From Corynebacterium macginleyi (GTDB lineage Bacteria; Actinomycetota; Actinomycetes; Mycobacteriales; Mycobacteriaceae): DNA of 24,000 bases. Made by a program: the position numbers and the translations under genes. This document shows, in pieces, positions 18,084 through 24,000 of this stretch (the stretch's first letter is position 1; each line of letters opens with the position of its first letter). The stretch is from the NCBI RefSeq assembly GCF_003688935.1, contig NZ_REGE01000005.1, forward strand, positions 81,867 to 105,866, in the 5' to 3' direction. The notes under the pieces were generated by a model that saw only the letters and a list, made by a program, of their open reading frames with translations, was not told the DNA's origin and ran no database searches.

Positions 18084-18115
18084 CCCCTCCTACACGTCCA
18101 CAACAAAGATATAAC

Positions 18116-18160
18116 TCAGGCGCTTCCGGCTTAGTGCTGGAAGCGCCTGAAATATTTTTA
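18116..18160 (+). terminator. Rho-independent terminator of aceE
   Basis: A 12-bp perfect stem, TCAGGCGCTTCC (18116-18127) with GGAAGCGCCTGA (18139-18150), has an 11-nt loop and is followed by AATATTTTTA. Confidence 0.85.
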
Positions 18161-18236
18161 AACCCTCACCTTCTCCCCGATACCGCCTGTCCGTATTTCC
18201 CTATGCAGCGGGCTGATCACTACTACACTGAGCACT

Positions 18237-18536
18237 ATGGCAAATGACCTCAGTGCCCAATTACAGGCAAAGTTCCAGGGTTCTGCTCCGGATAAGGACC
18301 AAAAACCGGATCAGGATACGTTGGGCGAACTCATCGCTCTCATCGTCAAAGTCACCGCTACAGAGGCTGAACTTGGCAGAGACACTGCGCTCTCGGATGT
18401 TGGTGTTGAATCCCTCGAGCTTATAGAGCTTACCGTACGTGCAGAGGAGCTTTTTAAGGTGCGCCTTACTGAGGAAACAATGCTTAACTGCGACACCATC
18501 GGCGATATCGCTGACTATTTGGAGGACCACCAATGA
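18237..18536 (+). CDS. acpM: Discrete acyl carrier protein (99 aa) with an N-terminal hydrophilic extension
   Basis: Phosphopantetheine attachment motif DVGVESLELIELTVRAEE (the Ser within G-x-[DE]-S-L) and an acidic four-helix ACP pattern. The symbol follows the C. glutamicum acpM-nagD gene pair. The SD is weak. Confidence 0.8.
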   Translation: MANDLSAQLQAKFQGSAPDKDQKPDQDTLGELIALIVKVTATEAELGRDTALSDVGVESLELIELTVRAEELFKVRLTEETMLNCDTIGDIADYLEDHQ

Positions 18537-19321
18537 TTTCTTACCTATCCGACATGGACGGCGTACTCATTAAGGAAGGGGAAATGATCCCCGGTGCCGA
18601 TAAATTCATTCAGGCGCTAAAAGATAACAATATTGAATACATGGTGCTAACTAACAACTCCATGTCCACCCCGCGCGACTTGGCAGCACGCCTGCGCAAT
18701 ACCGGCCTGGATATCCCGGCCGAGCGCATCTGGACCTCCGCCACAGCGACGGCCAATTTCTTGGCTACCCAAGCCAGCTCCAGCAAAGCCTACGTCGTGG
18801 GAGAGTCCGGCCTGACCACCGCGCTCCATGAGGCCGGTTGGATCCTCACCAACGACGACGCAGACTTCGTGGTACTTGGAGAAACCCGCACCTACTCCTT
18901 TGAGGCCATTACCACAGCTATCAACCTCATCCGCAACGGTGCCCGTTTCATAGCCACCAACCCGGATGTTACGGGACCTGCTCCCGAGGGCGTCCTCCCG
19001 GCGACCGGCGCGGTAGCCGCATTGATCACCGCCGCTACCCACCGCGAGCCCTACTACGTAGGAAAGCCCAATCCAGTCATGATGCGCTCAGCGCTCAACC
19101 ACATAGGCGCGCACTCTGAAAACACCGTCATGATTGGTGACCGCATGGATACCGATGTAAAGGCGGGCTTAGAAGCAGGTATGCGCTCGATTTTGGTGCG
19201 CTCCGGCATTTCAGACGATCGCGAAATCTCCCGCTACCCTTACCGTCCGACCGCTATATTCAAATCGGTGGCAGAACTCCCGGAAAGGATCATGGATCCT
19301 TTCGCCGACGAAGAATCTTAA
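18533..19321 (+). CDS. nagD: HAD-IIA (NagD-type) sugar or nucleotide phosphatase
   Basis: Motif I is LSDMDGVL, motif II is VLTNNS, followed by GKPNP and GDRMDTDV. The ATG overlaps the ACP stop (CAATGATT), which indicates translational coupling. Confidence 0.88.
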   Translation: MISYLSDMDGVLIKEGEMIPGADKFIQALKDNNIEYMVLTNNSMSTPRDLAARLRNTGLDIPAERIWTSATATANFLATQASSSKAYVVGESGLTTALHEAGWILTNDDADFVVLGETRTYSFEAITTAINLIRNGARFIATNPDVTGPAPEGVLPATGAVAALITAATHREPYYVGKPNPVMMRSALNHIGAHSENTVMIGDRMDTDVKAGLEAGMRSILVRSGISDDREISRYPYRPTAIFKSVAELPERIMDPFADEES

Positions 19322-19413
19322 ACGATGCCCCCGCCGCGCGACCTAAGTCGTGCGGCTGCGCACATGCGGATTCGCTCGACCCCATTGCTTTCGAGCCGAC
19401 TAACTCATGCGTT

Positions 19414-19827
19414 TTAGCTAAAGCACACGGTGGCACTAAAACCATAGCGCTGGGCAAGGTAAGATACCGCGCTATCCAACGCCGCAAGTTCCATCTCAGT
19501 TCCAGTAAGCACCTGACGACAGCCAATGCCAACGTTTTTCGCCCCGATGCCCGCGGCTGCACCGTAGACGAGCGCCTCCATAGAGATCTCGTCGCGGTAC
19601 CACCGAGTGCACCACAGAGCGGTCAGCAGATCATCTCCTGGGACGATGAACTCCGATTCGGTGCGAATGCACCGATCCATAGCTCGCTCTACTTCTGGGC
19701 GCAGCGAGCGCGGCATCCCAGAAATTTTCAGCACACCTGTAACAACGACGGCCGCACCGTTGCGGCTGGGCCACGCGTAATTGGAGGCTGACTGATGAGC
19801 CGGGACTGTAGTAACGCAAGTATTCAT
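19414..19827 (-). CDS. Hypothetical protein (137 aa from the ATG; the track ORF starts at a TTG at 19848)
   Basis: The ATG at 19827 has a GGGAGA SD 8 nt upstream. Composition resembles the neighbouring genes. I cannot assign a motif with confidence. Confidence 0.5.
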   Translation of the reverse strand: MNTCVTTVPAHQSASNYAWPSRNGAAVVVTGVLKISGMPRSLRPEVERAMDRCIRTESEFIVPGDDLLTALWCTRWYRDEISMEALVYGAAAGIGAKNVGIGCRQVLTGTEMELAALDSAVSYLAQRYGFSATVCFS

Positions 19828-20353
19828 AGCCGATTTCTCCCTCGACAAACCAGCACTGCGGACCTACACGCGTGGTGTGCGCCGCAATGCAAGACGAGCT
19901 TCGTCTTCCCCTACGAACTGTCTATTGCGTCTGCGCACAATTTTCCCGAGTCACACAACCCTCTTCAACCCTCAACTTTCACTTCAACCCCCAAGTCCTC
20001 AACCTGAACTCGAAGTCTAAACTGTGGCTAAAGTTGTTGAAGGAATTAAAGTTACAAAAGTGAAATTTGAGAGATGTACCCTGAATCTGTTCGTCCCGAA
20101 GCAACTTTTTAGCAAGAGCCACCCACAAGGCGGATACCAGCAGAAACACTTACTCAATAGTGCTCATCCCCTGACACCTCGGCCGAAAACTACCCCACTT
20201 CCCATAGAAGCAAAGCTCTTCATGAGTCACTATTGGTAAACCCATAGCGGGGGTAGCGGGGCACCGCGCCCAACCTCGTCCCCTGCTTTAAAAAAGACGC
20301 ACAGCACCATCGGCGGAGAGATCGATATACATTTATTTTGTTTAAGAAATAGA

Positions 20354-20383
20354 TTGACACGATCCTCACACGCCGCCTATACT
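20354..20383 (+). promoter_or_regulatory. Near-consensus sigma-A promoter: TTGACA, 18-nt spacer, TATACT, with an AT-rich upstream element
   Basis: TTGACA lies at 20354-20359 and TATACT at 20378-20383. It is preceded by ATATACATTTATTTTGTTTAAGAAATAGA. The predicted +1 is near 20390. Confidence 0.65.
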
Positions 20384-20438
20384 GTGATGAATTCAAACAA
20401 TCCGGTTTGAATTCCCTCCCTACTCAAAGGACTTTCCT

Positions 20439-20546
20439 ATGTTTGACCTTTCTTCTGCTTTCGGATTCCAGGTTCTCTCCCTCGTTGACGGCATCTTCAC
20501 CCAGTTCGCCATGTTCATCGAAGGCCTTGGTCTGCCGGTATTCTAA
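20439..20546 (+). CDS. Unannotated small ORF, 35 aa: MFDLSSAFGFQVLSLVDGIFTQFAMFIEGLGLPVF (acidic, leaderless, amphipathic; PorA/PorH-like candidate)
   Basis: ATG at 20439 with an AAAGGA SD 7 nt upstream and a TAA stop at 20544-20546. It has a dedicated promoter 56 nt upstream and a strong terminator 14 nt downstream. It is too short to appear in the >=60-aa ORF track. Confidence 0.6.
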   Translation: MFDLSSAFGFQVLSLVDGIFTQFAMFIEGLGLPVF

Positions 20547-20559
20547 AAAGAGCAGCTTT

Positions 20560-20600
20560 AAGCTCCCCACTCCACTGGAATGGGGAGCTTTTCCCGTTTT
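20560..20600 (+). terminator. Rho-independent terminator of the small ORF
   Basis: A 10-bp perfect stem, AAGCTCCCCA (20560-20569) with TGGGGAGCTT (20581-20590), has an 11-nt loop and is followed by TTCCCGTTTT. It lies between convergent genes. Confidence 0.8.
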
Positions 20601-20629
20601 CCTATCAAGGAAAATCTACGATGGAGTAC

Positions 20630-21448
20630 TTACAGCGCCTGCCAGATCTTCGTATTGGTTTCATTCCACAGCGGCTTTGTCCAGTCACCAAATTCTCGGT
20701 CAGTTAATGCCACCATGGCGTAGTCTCCGGCCAACCAGAGAAAGGTTCCGGACATGCCGAAGTGGCCGGTGGCATCGGTAGGCAAGGCTCCCATCCAGTG
20801 GTCTTTTTCACCGCGAATTTCAAATCCAAGCCCCCAGGTGCAATCCTTAAAGCTTCCGTAGCCGGGCACGATTCCGCGCAAACCAGCAAAATGAACACGG
20901 CGCATATCGGCCACAGTGCTGGGGTGCAGGATCTGCGGGTTTTGGACCTCGGCCGCAAATGCCGCGAGATCCTGCGCGGTAGAGACCAAGCCGTGCCCAG
21001 CCGAACCCTCTAAACGGGTGGAGGACATTCCCAGCGGCTCGCACACACCTTCACGGAGGTACTCCGCAAACTCGATGTCAGTGGCATCTTCAACGATATC
21101 TGCTGCCCACTCATATCCGGCGGAAGAATAAATGCGTCGCTCGCCTACAGGCTTTTGCTGGGCGCGAGAATCGAATTTTACTCCCGCAGCATGAGCTAGC
21201 AGGTGTTCGAGTGTGGAGCCTTCCGGACCAGCAGCCTGGTGCAAATCCACCGCGCCTTCTTCCACGGCCAACAGCACTGCGTAAGCCGACACCAGCTTGG
21301 TAACGGAAGCGACCGGAAATTGGTGCGACGTATCGCCTACCGTGTCTATAACCTCGCCACAGTGGATCAACGCTCCGGCCACAGTATCTACGGGCCATTG
21401 ACTTATCTGCTGCAATTCGCTCATAGCTTTCAGTCTACTGTTCATCAT
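20630..21448 (-). CDS. Serine hydrolase of the beta-lactamase / penicillin-binding (class C-like) family
   Basis: S-x-x-K motif (VASVTK), a Tyr motif (IYSSAGYEW) and H-x-G (GHFGMSGTF). 272 aa with no obvious signal peptide. The start is uncertain (M1, M2 or M9). Confidence 0.85.
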   Translation of the reverse strand: MMNSRLKAMSELQQISQWPVDTVAGALIHCGEVIDTVGDTSHQFPVASVTKLVSAYAVLLAVEEGAVDLHQAAGPEGSTLEHLLAHAAGVKFDSRAQQKPVGERRIYSSAGYEWAADIVEDATDIEFAEYLREGVCEPLGMSSTRLEGSAGHGLVSTAQDLAAFAAEVQNPQILHPSTVADMRRVHFAGLRGIVPGYGSFKDCTWGLGFEIRGEKDHWMGALPTDATGHFGMSGTFLWLAGDYAMVALTDREFGDWTKPLWNETNTKIWQAL

Positions 21449-21564
21449 GGCCCCTAAATGCGGCGTCCTGGTTGGTACGGAAGTAAACCCGTGGTTACTG
21501 AAAAGGGAATTTTTGGTGTAATGTGGCGTGAGCGGTTGCAGACCCTTCCAATCCTAGAAAACTT

Positions 21565-23271
21565 ATGAATATGACTAGCATGAATCACAGCGCCCAAACA
21601 GAGATGTCTAATGTCAACCGCCGCAAATTCCTCAAAACTAGCGGCACGGTCGGCGCCGCATTAGCGTTCACCACCACTGCGAGCACAACGCAGGCCACCA
21701 CTGCTCATGCACAAAGCAGCCTATCTTCACGCCCAGAACCACAGATGATAGAGCCCGCGCCCGGTGAACATCCCTTCCTGCACGGAGTAGCGTCGGGTGA
21801 TCCTATTCCAGATTCCGTTGTTCTGTGGACTCGTGTGACGCCAGATCTGGATGCGATGCCTGGCTCTGGTGCGGGTGCGCCCACCACAGTGGTATGGGAG
21901 ATTGCGCGGGATGAGGAGTTTAGGGACATCATCAAGCGCGGCGAAGTAACCACCGATCCTGCACAGGACCACACGGTCCACGTGGATCCTCACGGCCTTG
22001 AACCAGAAACCGTGTATTACTTCCGCTTTCATGCCCTAGATAGGATCTCCCCCGTGGGCCGCACCAAAACTGCACCAGCGGTGACTGCATCCCCAAAGGA
22101 GCTAACCTTCGGTGTAGCCAGCTGTGCCAACTGGGAGTCCGGCTTCTTTCAAGCCTACGGCGATATCGCACAGCGCGGACGGTCAGGTCAACTAGATTAT
22201 TTGGTCTTTCTGGGAGACTATATCTACGAATACCCACAACGCGAATACGCCGGTTTTGGTCCAGTGCGTCTACACCACCCCGCGCACGAGATTACGACTC
22301 TGGAAGATTATCGCACGCGCCTAGGTCGCTACCGTACCGATGAAAATCTCCAAGCGGCGCATGCTGCCCTGCCGTGGATCGCAGTATGGGACGACCACGA
22401 AACCGCAAATGATTCTTGGAGGGAAGGCGCCGAAAACCACACGGAGGGAGAAGAAGGCACCTGGATCGATCGCCGAAACGCCGCGATGCAAGCCTACTTT
22501 GAATGGATGCCGGTGCGTGCAAGCAACCCATCCAATAACGGCCATCTCTACCGGAGTTTGACCTTTGGGGATCTCGTAGAACTGACCATGATGGATCTGC
22601 GCACTTACCGCGATAAAAAGGTGACCTTCGGCCCTATCAAGATGTCTGCAGATGGGCGAAGTATGCTCGGCTCGGAGCAATACGAGTGGTTGGTCAATAA
22701 GATCGATACCTCTGCCGCCACATGGAATATGCTGGGCAACTCCGTCATGTTCTCGCCTATGAACCTGGCTACCCTGCAGCATAACGACACGCTAGCCCCT
22801 ATATCGTCCTGTCTATCGTCCAATATCACCGGTATTCCGGTCAATGGCGACCAATGGGATGGCTACTCAGCAGAACGCCGGATGCTAATCGATGTTCTTG
22901 CCAAGAGCGAGTCCCACGCCCTCTTTGTTACCGGCGATATCCACTCCGAATGGGCACACAATGTAAGCAAGGATGGGCACACCTTCGGAGCCGAAATGGT
23001 TTGCTCGTCTATCTCTGCCCCCAATATCAACGAACAGCTTCGCCTTCCCGAGGGCAACAGGCTCTCCAAGTTGGCTGAGCGCTACCTTTTGGAGGCAAAC
23101 CCGCATACACGCCACGTGGACCTCGATCACCACGGATATAGCTATGTCACAATCCGTCCGGATTCTGCGGAAATGCACTGGCTGCGCGTCGAAGATCTCC
23201 TCAACCCCTCCGCACCAGTAAACGAAGCCGTCACGCTAACATGGCGTCCGAATGAGGGGTTTAGCTCTTAA
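21565..23271 (+). CDS. phoD: Tat-exported PhoD-family alkaline phosphatase / phosphodiesterase
   Basis: Twin-arginine signal NRRKFLKTSGTVGAALAF...AHA. PhoD metallophosphatase motifs VFLGDYIYE, VWDDHE and FVTGDIHS. The true start may be the ATG at 21604 (MSNVNRRKF). Confidence 0.92.
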   Translation: MNMTSMNHSAQTEMSNVNRRKFLKTSGTVGAALAFTTTASTTQATTAHAQSSLSSRPEPQMIEPAPGEHPFLHGVASGDPIPDSVVLWTRVTPDLDAMPGSGAGAPTTVVWEIARDEEFRDIIKRGEVTTDPAQDHTVHVDPHGLEPETVYYFRFHALDRISPVGRTKTAPAVTASPKELTFGVASCANWESGFFQAYGDIAQRGRSGQLDYLVFLGDYIYEYPQREYAGFGPVRLHHPAHEITTLEDYRTRLGRYRTDENLQAAHAALPWIAVWDDHETANDSWREGAENHTEGEEGTWIDRRNAAMQAYFEWMPVRASNPSNNGHLYRSLTFGDLVELTMMDLRTYRDKKVTFGPIKMSADGRSMLGSEQYEWLVNKIDTSAATWNMLGNSVMFSPMNLATLQHNDTLAPISSCLSSNITGIPVNGDQWDGYSAERRMLIDVLAKSESHALFVTGDIHSEWAHNVSKDGHTFGAEMVCSSISAPNINEQLRLPEGNRLSKLAERYLLEANPHTRHVDLDHHGYSYVTIRPDSAEMHWLRVEDLLNPSAPVNEAVTLTWRPNEGFSS

Positions 23272-23310
23272 ATATTTAGTGGGCAGTTGTTAACTCCTGC
23301 ACGTTCGAGA

Positions 23311-23345
23311 CAAAAAGTGAAATAGCCCCTTTGGGATATTTCACT
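23311..23345 (-). terminator. Rho-independent terminator of the OYE gene (possibly bidirectional with phoD)
   Basis: AGTGAAATA (23316-23324) pairs with TATTTCACT (23337-23345), with inner CCC/GGG pairs. On the minus strand the stem is followed by TTTTTG. Confidence 0.75.
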
Positions 23346-23393
23346 CTCTATCACTCGCGTGCTCTTTCCCGCCTACGTGCCGCGGACTACGCG

Positions 23394-24000
23394 TTAGTCC
23401 ACGGCAGTTTCATAATCAATGTAGCCGCGCTCGCCACCATCATAGAAGGTAGCCTGATCCGGCTCATTAAGGGCCAGACCTTCTTGCCACCGGCGCACCA
23501 AATCCGGGTTAGCAATGAACTGACGACCCACTACAACGGCATCCACGTAGTCTAATTCCAGCTCGCGCTCGGCATCTTCCTTAGTAGTAACCGTGCTGAA
23601 ACCATCATTCATCAGTACCTTGGTTTTTCCATTAGCGCGAGCCTTCTTTGCCAGGGCCGAGATGAGATCGCCTTCCGGCTGGGCGTGCAGGAAGGATACA
23701 TAAGCTAGGTTCAATGGGGCGATGGCGTCCAGCAGGCCGCCGTAGGTGGCCACCATGTCTGCCTCGTCGTCTTCAACAATGCCTTGCACGAGGTGGGCCG
23801 GGGAGAGGCGCACGCCCACACGGTCAGCACCAATTTCATCTGCGACAGCACGAATTACCATCTCAGGCAGGCGCCAGCGGTTTTCGGGGCTGCCACCAAA
23901 TTCGTCGTCGCGCTGATTAGCAGACGATGCCATGAATTCGTGTAGCAGGTAGCCATTAGCATTGTGAATCTCTACACCGTCAACGCCCGCGTCGACGGCG
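23394..24000 (-). CDS. Old Yellow Enzyme family NADH:flavin oxidoreductase (NemA-like), C-terminal part; the N-terminus lies beyond the right edge
   Basis: HEFMASSANQRDDEFGGSPENRWRLPEMVIRAV matches the OYE pattern H.FLS...N.R.DeYGGS.ENR.R. The reading frame stays open to position 24000, upstream of the track's Met at 23933. Confidence 0.85.
   Translation of the reverse strand, partial: AVDAGVDGVEIHNANGYLLHEFMASSANQRDDEFGGSPENRWRLPEMVIRAVADEIGADRVGVRLSPAHLVQGIVEDDEADMVATYGGLLDAIAPLNLAYVSFLHAQPEGDLISALAKKARANGKTKVLMNDGFSTVTTKEDAERELELDYVDAVVVGRQFIANPDLVRRWQEGLALNEPDQATFYDGGERGYIDYETAVD

Noticed and set aside
19414-19827. Weak resemblance of the 137-aa hypothetical protein to the C-terminal half of PNP_UDP_1 nucleoside phosphorylases/nucleosidases (IVPGDD...SMEALVYGAAAG...GIGCRQV compared with SGD.F...EMEgAA.A.v....vPf..iR.iSD)
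   Set aside because: The similarity comes from by-eye matching of a few residues with shifted spacing, and the N-terminal half of the fold is missing. This is too weak to call without an HMM search, so I left the gene as hypothetical.
19979-20149. 56-codon minus-strand ORF with a hydrophobic N-terminus (VFLLVSALWVALAKKLL...)
   Set aside because: It has only a GTG or TTG start directly after an in-frame stop and no SD. The C-terminal two thirds are N/F/S-rich low complexity generated by the TCAAC/GTTGA repeats.
20024-20239. 71-aa + strand ORF (MAKVVEGIKVTKVKFERC...) in the AT-rich tract
   Set aside because: It has a GTG start with no SD, a proline-rich low-complexity C-terminal half, and no promoter or terminator that I can see. 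I treated it as a chance ORF in AT-rich DNA, though only conservation analysis can settle the question.
20407-20781. 124-aa ORF on the + strand from the track, starting inside the small-gene leader
   Set aside because: It has a TTG start and no SD. It reads through the strong terminator hairpin at 20560-20600 and then runs antisense through the 3' end of the beta-lactamase-family gene. The sequence is low-complexity and Ser/Pro/Leu-rich. The 35-codon ORF in another frame explains the promoter, SD and terminator much better.
21449-21564. Possible PhoR/PhoP-type direct repeats (CCTGGTTGGTAC / CCGTGGTTACTG) in the phoD upstream region
   Set aside because: The two copies share only about 7 scattered positions. 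They do not match well the 8-bp tandem CCTGTGAA-type motif that I recall for C. glutamicum PhoR, so they are not supportable from the sequence alone.
1-24000. Many antisense or alternative-frame ORFs of 60-240 aa inside glnA2, CYTH/CHAD, the RNase H-ZnR-Nif3 operon, aceE, phoD and others; also a check for CRISPR arrays, rRNA genes and intact IS elements
   Set aside because: The shadow ORFs are typical of GC-rich coding DNA: Arg/Ala/Ser/Pro-rich, without SDs, and fully nested in well-supported genes. I saw no regularly spaced direct repeats, no rRNA-like sequence and no full-length transposase with terminal inverted repeats.

Overview
This 24 kb window looks like a conserved chromosomal core region of a Corynebacterium-like member of the Mycobacteriales. 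The gene order matches what I remember for M. tuberculosis Rv2221c-Rv2241 and C. glutamicum glnE...aceE-acpM-nagD...phoD. Left to right it reads: glnE (partial) and glnA2; a DUF2786 protein; a CYTH/CHAD protein; a small conserved protein; a divergent galactokinase-like GHMP protein; RNase P RNA (rnpB); a tightly packed Nif3 / zinc-ribbon / RNase HI-phosphatase operon; ptpA; a SURF1-like protein; about 1.5 kb of decayed integrative-element debris next to tRNA-Val(UAC); DUF3052; aceE; a discrete ACP translationally coupled to a NagD-type HAD phosphatase; an orphan hypothetical gene; a serine beta-lactamase-family hydrolase; a Tat-exported PhoD; and a partial OYE flavin oxidoreductase. Most of this is ordinary housekeeping DNA. 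The best lead is in the AT-rich, apparently gene-free gap at 19.85-20.63 kb. It holds a 35-codon ORF, below the cutoff of the ORF track, with a near-consensus promoter, a Shine-Dalgarno (SD) sequence, a perfect palindrome at the predicted +1 and a strong intrinsic terminator. The peptide is acidic, leaderless and amphipathic, which resembles the PorA/PorH class of corynebacterial mycomembrane channel peptides, but it sits at a different locus. Secondary leads are the decayed island with one intact secreted-protein gene, the Nif3-ZnR-RNaseH-rnpB packing, a galactokinase-like protein lacking catalytic residues, and repeats plus a RamB-like box in the aceE leader. All calls come from reading the sequence by eye. 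No database search was run.
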